DNA of 64,000 bases, taken from NCBI GenBank assembly GCA_030390025.1, contig CM059432.1:65412001-65476000 (forward strand), in the 5' to 3' direction. Position numbers and translations under genes: made by a program. Every line of letters begins with the position of its first letter. The stretch's first letter is position 1. Below are positions 1-12,219 of the stretch, one piece after another. The stretch comes from Squalus acanthias (lineage: Eukaryota). Below the pieces are notes generated by a model that was given only the letters and a program-made list of their open reading frames with translations, had not been told where the DNA came from and searched no databases.

Positions 1-848
1 ATCTTGTCTATGAGACCCACCTCCTGCTCCTTCGACCCTATTCCCACCAAACTGCTGACCACCCAACTTCCTTTTCTGGCTCCCATGTTAACTGATATTG
101 TTAACAGTTCTCTCTCCTCAGGTACTGTCCCCCTCTCCCTCAAATCTGCCGTTATCACCCCTCTCCTCAAAAAACCAAACCTTGATCCCTCCGTCCTTGC
201 AAATTACCGCCCCATCTCCAACCTCCCTTTCCTCTCCAAAGTCCTTGAACGTGTTGTTGTCTCCCAAATCCGTGCCCATCTTTCCCGCAATTCCATGTTT
301 GAATCCTTCCAATCAGGTTTCCACCCTTGCCACAGTACCGAAATGGCTCTCATCAAAGTCACAAATGACATCCTTTGTGAATGTGACAAAGGTAAACTAT
401 CCCGCCTCAAAATTCTCATCCTTGTTTTCAAATCCCTCCATGGCCTCGCCCCTTCCAATCTCTGTAATTTCCTTCAGCCCCACAACCACCCGCCCCCCCA
501 CCGCCGCCCCCCCACCCCCACCCCCCGAGATATCTGCGCTCCTCTAATTCTGCCCTCTTGAGGATCCCTGATTAAAATCGCTCAACCATTGGTGACTGTG
601 CCTACTGTTGCCTAGGCCTTAAGCTCTGGAATTCCCTGCCTAAACCTCTCCGCCTCGCTACCTCTCTTTCCTCCTTTAAGACGCTCCTTAAAGCCTACAT
701 CTTTGACCAAGCTTTTGGTCACCTGCCCTAATTTATCCTTATGTGGATCGGTGTCAAATTTTTTGTCTTAAAATACTCCTGTGCAGTGCCTTGGGACATT
801 TTACTACATTAAAGGTGCTATATAAATAGAAGTTGTTGTTGTTGTTGT
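1..848 (+). mobile_element. L2-clade LINE 3' fragment (RT region, internally deleted) with (GTT)n tail
   Basis: ORF 4-561 has RT motifs (ITPLLKKPNLDP, NYRPISNLPFLSKVLE, FQSGF). It jumps to the C-terminal region near 400 and ends in GCTATATAAATAGAAG(TTG)n. Confidence 0.9.
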
Positions 849-1862
849 AGTCACTATTGTAATGTCGGAAATGCAGCAGCCAATTTGCACACAGCAGGGT
901 CCCACAAGCAGTCACGAAATCATGACTAGATAAGGGGTAGAGTTTACGCTTTGGGCTCAATCGCCAATCTGGGCGCAAATTGTGGTCGATGACACGCTGG
1001 TTTTTAAAAGTGAAGTTATGGTTCAAGTTTCCACTCAAACTCATTTGAATAATCACAAACGTAAAATCTTCCATGAACCAGCGCAATCGGACTGCGTTTT
1101 AGAACATCATTGTTTATTTTTCCCCTCGCATTAAAAAATATCCCTTGCATGGTAACATGATGCAGTTTTATTAATACAGCTGAAAATGTTTGTATCACAA
1201 AAAATAAGCATTATTAATAAGAGTGTCTAGTCTACCAGCTGGTAGTAACCTGATTTTAAATAACTGAAAATGACTTTAAAAAAAACTATACAGGATCATT
1301 TGCTAGGTTCATTGGTGTACAGTAGTCAGTTTCTCAGTAAATTAAATATTTTTTATTATTTAAAAACTTTTAAAAGAGCCTTCTCGAAAGGCTGCAATGG
1401 ACGCAATTAGTGGAAACCCGCCATGGTGACTAATTCGATCAGGGGGCGTAGCCAGTTTTGTGGGCGGGGCCAGCTTCCAGTCCAATGTTTGTAAAACTAT
1501 CGCAAAAGATCGTGGAGACTCAACTTGTGCTGGACATAATTTATGCTTGGAATACTTTGATCTTTTACGTTGGTTTGGCTGATTTCAGGCAAATTCTATC
1601 CCAATCTGTTTTAGTTATGTTGGTTGAGGGATAAATATTGGCCAGGACACCAGGAAAGCACCCCTACTCTTCTTCAAAATAATGCCACTTGAGAGGGCAG
1701 ATGGGGGTCTCAGTTTAACAGCTCATCCAAAAGGCAGGACCTCCAAAATTGCAGCACTCCCTCAGTACTACCTGGAAAGGCCAGACTAGATTATGTGCTC
1801 AAGTCTCTGGAGTGGGACTTGCACCCACAACCATCTGACTCAGAGGCAAGAGTGTTACCAGA
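847..1862 (-). mobile_element. DeuSINE (SacSINE1-like) copy split by a MITE at 934-1602
   Basis: Reverse complement of the SINE at 14665-15056. The halves rejoin as ACTAGATAA|TCTGTTTTAG. Confidence 0.8.
934..1602. mobile_element. Harbinger-type MITE
   Basis: Imperfect TIRs GGGGTAGAGTTT / AAATTCTATCCC; inserted at a TAA site inside the SINE. Confidence 0.75.
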
Positions 1863-2056
1863 GCCAAGGCTCTGTCACACTGTAGAAAGCAAAATGAAAG
1901 TAAATTGCTTGAGTTCATTATAGTTCTGGAGAGCCAATGTACACTTTCTTGGAAAACCTGACACAACTCTCTATCCAAGCTTTAATCAAGAGGCATGGGA
2001 AATGCTAAAGTATTTTCCAGCACGTCGCTAAGTTGTGAGGGAGCTCAGAGGTATAT

Positions 2057-2672
2057 GGGTGAAATTTACACCCAAAAATGGGTGGGTTTGGGTCGGATCA
2101 GATGTTAAAATTTTTTACATCTGAAACCCAACCCCAATCCGCCCACTTCCGGGTTTAACGGAGGCGGGACAGGGGGCAGGCAGCCAACCCACTCCCAGGA
2201 GGCGGGTTTAGCAATTTCAATATTTTAGTGAGGATGGCAGCTTCTGATTTAACCTGCTTTGCAGGTTTAACAGTGGTGGCCAGGTTTCCCTGGCAGTGGA
2301 GGGAGGCAAAGACAGCTTCGGGGAGAAGGTAAGTGCCTTTACAGCAATGCTTGTGGGCCAGGAGGAGCAGGAATGCTTCCCCCCAGCCCCCCAAGCTCCC
2401 CCCCAATCAGACCATACCCCCCATACAAAGACCTTCGGGGTCAGTGATTGGATCCACCCCGGGGTCGGAGATCAGACCTTCCTGCCACCTGCTCCGAAGT
2501 CCTCCCTGCCCGACTGGAAGCCAAGCCTGTCAATCAGGCTGACTTCCGGATGGGGAACCTGTCAAGTACAAAAGACACACCGTGGAGTTAAAATTTCACA
2601 GCATGTGGTGTGTTTCCTGTTCGAAACTCCGCCACACAGCCTACATAACCTCTCCCTGTTAATATCCAGGCC
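2057..2672. mobile_element. Harbinger-type MITE
   Basis: Degenerate TIRs GGGTGAAATTTA / TAATATCCAGGCC; GC-rich interior with GGCGGG boxes as in the other MITEs here. Confidence 0.6.
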
Positions 2673-2739
2673 ATAAAGTCCCAATGAAAAAATACATTTA
2701 CCAAGCAGTGCATTATCTGAGTTATAAACTATAATGGCA

Positions 2740-3661
2740 TGGAATAAAAACAGAAAATGCTGGAAATACTCAGCGGGTCAGGCAGCATCTGTGGAGAGAG
2801 AAACAGAGTTAACGTTTCAGGTCGATGACCTTTCGTCAGATTCGGAAAAAGTTAGAGATATAACAGATTTTAGCAAGTGCAAAGACAGGGAAAGGAAGGG
2901 AGGGGAGGAAAGAACAAAAGGGAAGGTCTGTGATAGGATGGAAGGCTGGAGTGATTAAATGACAAAAGGGATGATTGTACAAGGCAAAAGGAGATGGTAA
3001 TGGGACAAGTAAAGAAACAAAAGATGGGTCTAGAAGAGGTGTAAATGGGAATTAGCAAAATCATCAACAGCGGCCGTCTGAAAAAATAGGGGCAGAGGTT
3101 ATAATCTGAAATTGTTGAAGTTGATGTTGAGTCCAGAAGGCTGTAAAGTGCCTAATCGAAAGATGAGGTGCTGTTCCTCAAGCTTACATTGACCTTCATT
3201 GGAACAGTGTAAGAGGCCAAGGACTGAGAGGTCTGAGTGGGAGTGGAGTGGAGAATTAAAGTGACAGGCGACCAGAAGCTCGGGGTCATGTTTGTGGACT
3301 GAACGGAGGTGTTGCACAAAGCGGTCGCCCAATCTGCATTTGGTCTTGTCAATGTAGAAGAGACCGCATCGTGAGCAGCGAATACAGTATACTAAATTGA
3401 AAGAAGTACAAGTAAATCGCTGTTTCACCTGGAAGGAGTGTTTGGGGCCCTGGACGGTGGGAAGGGAGGAGGTAAAAGGGCAGGTGTTGCATCTTCTGCG
3501 CTTCCACGAGAAGGTGCCATGGGAAGGGGAGGGGGTGTTGAGGGTGATTGAGGAGTGGACCAGGGTGTTACGGAAGGAACGGTCCCTTCAGAATGCTGAA
3601 AGGGGAGGGGAGGGGAAGATGTGATTGGTGGTGGGATCACGCTGGAGGTGGCGGAAATGGT
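2740..3661 (-). mobile_element. Penelope-like element 3' part: GIY-YIG endonuclease plus pLTR with hammerhead motif
   Basis: ORF 3099-3428 (NLVYCIRCSRCGLFYIDKTKCRLGDRFVQH...HFN...LEEQHLIFRLGTLQPSGLN) is a typical PLE GIY-YIG domain. The downstream region matches 56885-58044. Confidence 0.9.
2807..2843 (-). ncRNA. Minimal type I hammerhead ribozyme motif (PLE-type)
   Basis: Minus strand reads CUGACGA-A-AGGUC(AUC)GACCU-GAA-ACGU-U-AACU: conserved core, helix II and palindromic ACGU helix III. Helix I is partly mutated in this copy. Confidence 0.75.
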
Positions 3662-4009
3662 CCCTCGGGTAGATTAGTGGAGATAATGGTTATTGTATAA
3701 TGGTATGTGGTTATGCAGAGTTGAATTTTTGTTTGATTTTCATGTTTGATTTTGTTGAATTAATCCACCATAATTATAATCCACATTTACATTTATTTTG
3801 TGCAATAATTAATTGTTTAAACTGGTAGTGAAGATATTGATTTCATGACACATTTTATTCTGGGTTATTCCAGTGATAATTGCTTTAACTGTGGTGGATT
3901 TATTTATTTTTGGTCTGCGGCAGATTGTTCTGCACTGCCAAGATTAGGATTATTGACTATTTTACCCAAGAAGGAATTTTGTTTTAATCTGCACCATGTT
4001 TCTGATATG

Positions 4010-4415
4010 AATTCAGGTCCAAGATACAGCCCCCTTCCAGTTGTTTTTAACAGAAGAAAAGGCTAGAGCCAGAGGAAGGCCATAAAGGTAAGTAAAATGT
4101 ATTTGTTAAATGTTTCTTTGTGTGCCATGAGGAGCAGAGTGCTAGGGAACCTAGGGCCCTGGCTTCCCTCCCCGCAGTGTGATCACATGACGCCCCCCCC
4201 CCACCCCCAACCACCTACCTAACTGATGGGAATCATTCCCGTAGATCCGTGGCCTCCTGCTGCACTCGCCTGATTCCTGCTGCTGGCCTGACGTCATTGA
4301 TGCTGGGTTTGGGTGGGATGCTGGTAGATTATAAATAAAGCCCTGAAGTTAAAATGGCCCAGGCTACATGTCGGCTAGCCCATGCTCGCTTATCGCCCCA
4401 AGTTAAAATCAGGGC
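4010..4415. mobile_element. Degenerate Harbinger-type MITE (left end unclear)
   Basis: Right-end motif GTTAAAATCAGGGC and internal AAGGTAAGT...GGAGCAG block like the MITE at 2057-2672. Confidence 0.45.
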
Positions 4416-5559
4416 TGTAATTTCAAACCTCTGGGCAGCTGAAAAGCTAGGTAATTCATTGTTTAGTGAATTTTGTGCTTATCATGGTGAGAGGTGTTAC
4501 TAATAGGAAATGGGGAGTGAGATTGCCAATTTAGTGCTAAATATTGCCAAATTAGCACTATCGGCTCAAACGTACTTGGAACTGGATTGAGAGTGCCCAA
4601 ATCATTTCACATAGGACTCTTACAGCCATCACAAGAAAGCTAGATTTTTAGCATCAACCTGAGAAGGACTGGGAAGGGTGTGTAAGGAACTTCAAAGACA
4701 CAAATGTTGGTAAATCCCTCCCATTTGAAGTACTATCAGGATTCCAAATATGTTTGCACTAATAATAGTAAAATTGCAGAAACATTGGTAATCCTCTGTT
4801 AACAATGTGAAAATGTATGAATTAATGGTACTATAATGTTGGTACAGTAGATTACACCTGCTGTTTCATTATGGGACCTGAATTTGAACCATTCCAGTGC
4901 CTGCTGCTGTATAGATTCAATGTAAACAATCTGGACAATCTCAAGCTAGGTGTTAATAGGCACAGGTTTTCACAATTATAGAAATATCTAACCTAGGAAG
5001 TATTTACAATATCATTGGCACAGAGAAGCCAAAGTAAATCTCTCCCCCACCTCCCCAGACTTCTTCCTTTGGGATTACCAGAGCATCTCTTTCAGGTTAG
5101 CCTGTCTCACCTTTCTTCAATTATAATAAATTACCAATGGAGGTTAAGTTTATGGCATTTAAGATATGTGTCCAATCGTTCAGAACCAACTCCTAAGTAT
5201 ACAGAAAAAGAGAGTCCTTCAGCCCATGTGCAAGATCCAGAACCAAGCTGTGATGTAGACATGGCAAAACGAGTAAGTGTCTGCAGGCAGGGAGGGCTCC
5301 CATCAACATTGACCTATCACTGCATATTCTGGCAAGTCAGCATCAAAGCAAGTTCACCTCTTTACCCAAACCACTACATTATATGTTGGTGATGAGGAAG
5401 TCTGGAACACAGCACTGGACTTGGAAGTATAGAGCATCAAAGTGGCTGGTACAATGTAAGATGCCCTGTTTATGTCCATCATATGACTAATGGAGGTCTG
5501 ATACTTGGGACTGCTGCAGTAAGACATTATCTGGCGACAAGATATGAAAACATGCATAT

Positions 5560-6038
5560 ATGAGGAATACTCTGCTGCTCGTGGCCTAACTCACACCTAG
5601 TCCCGATCCACCCATCGCCCCTGTGCTCACTGACCCACATTGGCTCCCAGTTAAGCAACGCCTCGATTTTAAAATTCTCATCATTGTTTTCCAATCCCGC
5701 CATGGCCTCGGCCCTCCCTATCTCCTGCAGTGGCACAACCCTCCGAGAGATCTGCACTCCTCCAATTCTGGCCTCTTGAGCATCCCTGATTTTAATCGTG
5801 CCACCATTGGTGGCTGTGCCTTCAGCTGCCAAGACCCTAAGCTCTGGAATTCCCTCCCTAAACCTCTCTACCTCTTTTTCCTCCTTTAAGATGCTCCTTA
5901 AAACCTACCTCTTTGACCATCTGCCCTAATATATCTGTATGTAGCTTGATGTCAAATTTGGTTTGATAACGCTCCTGTGAAGCACCTTGGGACATTTTAC
6001 TACTTTAAAGGCGCTATATAAATACAAGTTGTTGTTGT
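5560..6038 (+). mobile_element. L2 LINE 3' fragment
   Basis: HWLPVKQRLDFKILIIVF C-terminal L2 motif; 3' UTR and (GTT)n tail shared with 1-848. Confidence 0.9.
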
Positions 6039-6442
6039 CCATCCAGCGAGGCCTCAAACCCATGCTTGTCACTTGTCTAATGGCCAACAGTAATGACCCT
6101 CTTGGAAGGACATAAACAAGATCTCTTTGGGGGTTGAGATATATCCAAGATGACATGTTTGCTGATGAAATTTAAGAACTAAGTCAACTATCTGTGGCAG
6201 ATTCTGTAATCTAATACCTGAGCCAGGCAGCTCTGTTGCTGATTAACCAGACAGCTGGGAGAGAGGATTCTTCACACTTGGCTCCAGATAAGCTTGAAAG
6301 AAAATGTCCTAATGGTCCTAGCTGGAAAAGTTGTGAAAAGTTTACCAGTACTTTGTACTATTAAGCTACACGGTTTTAGTTAAAGACCAGTAGTACCCCT
6401 GCATACACTTGGAGGTGCCTAAGCCATTGGGTTGGTCATCAT

Positions 6443-7461
6443 GGGGAGAATTTTAATGGAGGCGGGATGGGTGTGGGGGTGGGGGGGGTGTATGTGTGTG
6501 TGCAGCCAACCTGCTTCCAGGAGGCGGGTCATCCATTTAAATATTATAATGAGGCTGAAAGCCTCAGCTTTAACCTCCACTTTGAATTTAACTTTAGCTG
6601 GTCGGCTTTTGCAGGCCTCGTGAAACGCGCCAGCTAAAGTAAGGCGAGGACAGCTAGATCCAGGAGGTAAGTGCCCACCCCCCACGATCGGAGACCCCCT
6701 CATGAGGCCTCCGATTCCCCCCACAAGGCCTCCCCCCCACCATGTTCCTCTGGCCACCGATCGTTCCCTGACTGCCTCCCCCCGCTCCTCCATCTGCCAA
6801 TCATTCCCTGAACCCTCCCCCCCCCCCCCCCGCTCCTGTACCGGTCATTCGCTAACGCCCCCCACCCCCCTGCCACTCCTCCGGCTGCCGATCATTCCCT
6901 AACCCCCACTCCTGCTCCTCCGGCCGCTGATCGTTCCCTAACTTCCCCACCCCCACCCTGTACCTCCGCCCCCCGATCCTAATCCAATTCCACCCCCGCA
7001 CTCTCCGGCCTCCGATCCTCATCCAATACCCCCCAGCTCTTCCGCAGCCCGATCCTCACCTGACCCACCCCACCCCACCCCCCGTACTTGTCCAGGGCCC
7101 TGATCATCACCGACCACCCCCACACCCCCCCACCCCCTGCACTGGTCCCGTTCCCCAATCCTCACCCAACCCGCCCCCTGCACCTCCGGCCCTCCCCGTG
7201 CTCCTCCGGCCGCTCCCCCCCCCCCCCCCCAGCCCCCACACGATCCCTCCCTCCTCTCTGTGGCCTAGTGCTGCAGGCCTTCCCGTCAGGAGCCAGCCAG
7301 CCACTCAATCTGGCTGGCTGCGGGTGGGAAACAGAGGTTTCCCATGTAAATCAGGCCCTGCCGTTAATTTGCATTCTCCCACGTTTCCCGACCTCTTCGG
7401 AGCCACCCCGCCCCCCCCTCACCCCTGCTCCCAACCTGCCTTCCCAATTAAAATTCAGGCC
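6443..7461. mobile_element. Harbinger-type MITE with internal C-rich minisatellite
   Basis: TIRs GGGGAGAATTTTAAT / ATTAAAATTCAGGCC; TSD CAT at 6440-6442 and 7462-7464. Confidence 0.75.
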
Positions 7462-7613
7462 CATGTATCTAAATTCCGTGAACTTAGGCAAATGGGCTGC
7501 ATCAGCTATGGGAATAGAGTATGCATTCTGTATCAAAATTCTATAGATGTAGATTTCTCAGTCAGTTAGTTCAGAGACTCTTAAACATGGTAATAGGCTT
7601 CTAGACGTCCAGT

Positions 7614-9730
7614 TAGAATCATTGAATCATAGAAACTTACAGCACAGAAGGAGGCCATTTGGGCCGTCGTGCCTGTGCTGGCTTGTTGAAAGAGCAGTCG
7701 TGCTTAATCCCACATCCCCGTTTCTTGTCCATAATCCTGTAAGTTCTTCATCCTTAAGTACCTGTCAACTCCTATTTTAAATTATTTATAGAATCAGATT
7801 CCACCAACCTTTCGGGTAATGCTTTCCAGATCCGACAACTCTCTGAGTGAAAAAAAATTCTCCTCATCTCCCCTCGAGATCTTTTGCCAATCATTTTAAT
7901 CTACGACATCTGGTTATTGACCCATTCGCCAGAGGAAACAGTTTTTCTCTGTCTACTCTATCAAACCTCTCATCATCTGGAAAACCTATATTAGGTCACC
8001 TCTTAACCCTCTCTGTTCCAAGGAGAACAGTCCTTAACCTCTCATAACTAAAGCCTCTCATCCCTGGTAACATCCTGGTAAAGCTCCTCTGTACCCTTTC
8101 TAAGGCCTTTTGATCTTTCCTGAAGTGTGATGCCCAGAATTGTCCACAATATTCCAGCTGAGGCCTAACCAGTAATTAAAAAAAAAATGTTTATGGGATG
8201 TGAGCGTCGCTGGCAAGGCCAGCATTTATTGCCCATCCCTAATTGCCCTTGAGAAGGTGGTGATGAGCCGCCTTCTTGAACCGTTGCAGTCCGTGTGGTG
8301 AAGGTACTCCCACAGTGCTGTTAGGTAGGGAGTTCCAGGATTTTGACCCAGCGACGATGAAGGATCGGCGATATACTTCTAAGTCAGGATGGTGTGTGAC
8401 TTGGAGGGGAACTTGGAGGTGGTGGTATTCCCATGCGCCTGCTGCCCTTGTCCTTCTAGGTGGAAGAGGTCGCGGGTTTGGGAGGTGCTGCCGAAGAAGC
8501 CTTTATAAAGTTCTAGTATATATATATTCCTCTATATATAAACCCAAGTAACCCATATGATTTTTTTTTAAACCACCTTATCAACTTGCCCTGCTACCTT
8601 TAAGGATTTGTGTATGTGGACACCAAGGTCTCTCTGCTCATCTACACTTTTCAAAATCGTGCCATTTATATTATACTGTCTTTCCACATTAGTCCTTTCA
8701 AAGTGCATCACTTCACACTTCTCCGCATTGAACTCCATCTGCCATGCTTCTGCCCATTTCACCATCCTGCCTATGTCATCCTGAAGTCTATAACAATCCT
8801 CATCACTATCCACTACTAAGTTGCTAAATTTTGTATTATCTGCAAACTTTATAATGCTGCTTCCTGCACCCGAGTAAAGGTCATTTATAAAAATTGAAAA
8901 GAGTAATGGACCCAAAACTGACCCTTGGGGACCACCACTGCAAACCACCTACCAGTCTGAAAAACATCCATCCATCACCACCTTATCTTCCTGTCACTGA
9001 GCCAATTTTGTATCCATCCTGCCACTTTCCCCTTAATTCCATGGACTTCCACCTTCTTAATAAGCCTCCTGTGTGGCACTTTGTCGAAAGCCTTCCGAAA
9101 GTCCATAAATACAACATCTACTGCACTACCTTAATCAACCTTCTCTGTTACCTCATCAAAGAATTCAATCAAGTTTTTCAGACACGATTTGCCTTTAACA
9201 AATCCATGCTGGCTCTCCTTGATTAACCCATGCCTTTCCAAATGAAAGTTTATTTTGTCTCTGATAATGGTTTCCAATAACTTCCCCAGCACTGATGTTA
9301 GGCTGACTGGCCTGTAGTTTCCTGGTTTATCCCTCTCCCCTTTCTTGAATAGTGGTATAACATTAGCAACCCTCTAGTCCTCCAGCACTGCTCCTGTATC
9401 CAAAGAGGATTGAAAGATTGTGACCAACGCCTCTGCTATTTCTACCTTTGCTTCTTCCAGCAACCTAGGATGCATTCAATCTGGAACAGGTGACTTACCA
9501 ACGTTCAGTAATTCTAATCTTTTTACTGCATCTTCTCTATCTATTACTATGCTGGCCATAACTTCCCTCTCCTCTTTTAGTGTAACGTTCACATCATCCG
9601 CTTCCTTTGTGAAAATTGATGCAAAGTACTCATTTAATACTTTTGCCATGTCCTCTGCCTCTACATGAGGATTTCCCTTTGGGTCCATAATAGGCCCAAC
9701 TTTTTCCCTAGCTAACCACTTTCACTTTAT
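7614..9730 (-). mobile_element. CR1 LINE (RT to 3' end), interrupted at ~8188-8502
   Basis: ORF 8568-8948 PQGSVLGPLLFSIFINDL...KFADNTK...WQMEFNAEKC; (ATTCTATG)-type tail at 7614-7633. Confidence 0.9.
8188..8502 (-). mobile_element. 3' fragment of the tRNA-headed LINE family (see 60604-63592) inserted in CR1
   Basis: Reverse complement begins GGCTTCTTCGGCAGCACCTCCCAAACCCGCGACCTCT, matching 63554-63590, and continues to the family 3' end. Confidence 0.85.
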
Positions 9731-9774
9731 GGGCTAGAAATTCGGTATAGCCAAAAAATGTATTTAGACTAAAA

Positions 9775-10665
9775 GGGGGAGAAATTCAGTATCGCCCCAT
9801 TTGGGGCGCAATTATCGAACGGGCGCAAAGATTAGCGCCTGGCGCTAATTATCGCCTCCGACTGCAAACTTGACTTTTATCGCCCCTGGAGGTGATTGGA
9901 GCGCTAAATCAGGCGCTTCACACCTGCCTTAAGGCGCAAAGGCCGAGGAGCGAGGCGCTACCTCAGAGCGCTGGCGAAGCTCATGTGATGTCAGTCAGCA
10001 ATGGAACACACACACAATGGCATGGGTCAGTTCTTCAAGGGGATGGTTGATCTTGCTTTCCATCCACATCCTGCTCATTGCAGCCTTGAATCTCGGCCTG
10101 GAGAGACCTGCACATCAAATCTGCTGGAAAGAACAATGGAGAGTACCAGGCAAAGAGCTCAGAGTGCAGCCCCCACAGACTCTTCTAAATCGATATAAGG
10201 AATGGCAGATCAAAATGAACTTGCAAAGTGCTGCTCAGTACCCAAAACTCCTTCACACAGCGTTGGATCTCTCCAGAAGTCTTTCTCTCTCTCTCTCAGA
10301 ATGGTGGTTCAAAAATGGCACCAACAATAAAAGGCAGGAAGTGGTCGCCTTTAAATAGCGCTCCCCCAGTCCCTTCATGACTGCAAAATGCTCCCCTCAA
10401 CCTGTCGTTGCTAGCATCAGGCAGTAAGGCAGGGGGCGCCATCAATATCCACTCCGGGGCGATACCGGGGCGTTGTGCACTCGACTGACGTCACGATCTA
10501 CCGGCGCAGGAGATCGTGGCGGTAGTGTTTAGCGCCGCCGCAAAATGTCTAGTTAATTTAGCGAGCGGCGCAAACATCGCCGTGCCTGGGAGCTAGATGC
10601 TTTGCACCCCATTAGCGCCCTCTTAAGGCACTAACGGGATGCGCAACCAACTGAATTTTTCCCCC
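9775..10665. mobile_element. Harbinger-type MITE nested in the previous element
   Basis: TIRs GGGGGAGAAATTCAGT / ACTGAATTTTTCCCCC; TSD AAA. Confidence 0.85.
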
Positions 10666-10960
10666 AAAGTGGTTAAGTAGCGGCAGGTGAAAATCGTCTC
10701 GGCTGCACGTAAAATTCGTCCTAACTCCTCATTAAAATGATTGCAGTCATGATTCTCATCTAAAAACACAAACTCATTGGCGTTACACTGAAAAGATGGA
10801 CCAATATTGGGTGTAGTCTAAACGCAAGTGATGATTCACTACTTAAAGGGAAGGTTCATTGAAGTTGCAGCACCTCATTCTCAGCATTGTTGGGTGTGCA
10901 GCTGCCTCACCAACCATAAGAAGAAGGACAAGGAGAAGGAGCAGTTATTTACAAATCTTG

Positions 10961-11205
10961 ATGGCAGATCGCTGCCCCAGGGAGAGAGCCCGGAGGTTTT
11001 CCAATGAAGCTTTGGAGGCATTGGTTTTAGCAGTGAAGAGAAGGCGGGCGGTCCTGTACCCATCAACTGGCAGGAGACCCTTGCCACAAGTCTGCCAGAC
11101 AATGTAGAGGGAGGTGGCACACCACGTCACGGGCAGCACTGTGGTCCCCAGGACCCACACCCAGTGCAGGAAGAAGTTTAACGAGCTCACACGGGTGGTC
11201 AGGAT
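10961..11205 (+). pseudogene. Harbinger Myb/SANT-like DNA-binding protein, exon 1 remnant
   Basis: MADRCPRERARRFSNEALEALV...LYPSTGRR...M*REVAHHVTGSTVVPRTHTQCRKKFNEL is a Myb_DNA-bind_5-type pattern with one stop. Confidence 0.85.
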
Positions 11206-11561
11206 GAGTGAAGGCTTTAACAAATGCTACATACCAACATCTGTACCACAAGCTTCAAACACTGCTCAATGCACCACACCCCCCGCACTCACCCACCAAC
11301 AATCTCTACCGAGCAACTCACACCCACATCTCACGCCTTGCACACAATGACAGCTTTCAACTATGGCAGGCACAAGGGTCATTAGTTATTAGAATTCATG
11401 TCATATGTGTGATATGTTTATAGATAAATTTATTAAGTGTGTTTGGAATATTTTGTGGTCTCTCTCATTTCACCTTTTTACCCAGGAGGACGCTGTGATA
11501 TGCCATGAGAAAGGGATTGTATGATAGTGATGTGGTGAGCTACGGGAATCTGGGATTTCAT

Positions 11562-11717
11562 TCATGTGAATCAGAGTCTGATGAGTCGGTCATGGATATC
11601 CCATCCAGAAGGCCGATTGTCTTGCTGCCTCCACCCTCCCTCCTGTTCCTCCTCCTCCGCATCCTCCTCCTTCTCATCCTCCTGTGCCTCGTCGTCCTAC
11701 GGTCCTGCAGCCCCCAT
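11562..11717 (-). pseudogene. Harbinger transposase remnant (N-terminus fused to acidic C-terminus)
   Basis: MGAAGP*DDEAQEDEKEEDAEEEEQ...IHDRLIRL*FT* resembles the acidic tail and terminal helix of the transposase at 50744-50900. Confidence 0.6.
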
Positions 11718-12219
11718 GACTGTGAGGAAGTGTTGTGAGCAGAAGCCTTTAACAAATAATGAGTGACTTCTGCACTTGAATCAGCACTCACTGTCACCAA
11801 AAAAATTTGAAATAACTAAAGAAAGCTGTTTCAGTTGCAGGATGTAGCAAACAGGCACTGAAACTGCTGAACCATGTTAGTTGCAGCTGATTGGGGATGG
11901 TACCTTTCAATATTACTGCTGCTACCTGCTTCCTTATGGTAGATGCCAGCTCTCCCTGTTGTTGTTCTGCATTGCCGTTAAGGTAAGTGGCTATAACGAA
12001 GTTGGGAGATCAGACATCCAGTGAGCGTTGCACACTCACTGACGTCATGATCTCCATGATGGCGAGGTCCGTGGCGATTGAGTTTACCAGCAACCATTAC
12101 CATATGGCGTACGGCACTGGAACCAGCATCAGCTGTCGTTACAGCTGTCAACGACATTTTAGTGCCATCTCGTGGCGCTAACATGTGACGCAAACCACAC
12201 GCTTTTTCTAGCCCATTGT

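Larger units (their letters stand above)
9731..12214. mobile_element. Non-autonomous PIF/Harbinger element with Myb/SANT exon and deleted transposase
   Basis: TIRs GGGCTAGAAA / TTTCTAGCCC; convergent Myb remnant (+) and transposase remnant (-). Confidence 0.85.

Noticed and set aside
6702..7569. Proline- and glycine-rich ORFs
   Set aside because: They are translations of the C-rich minisatellite.
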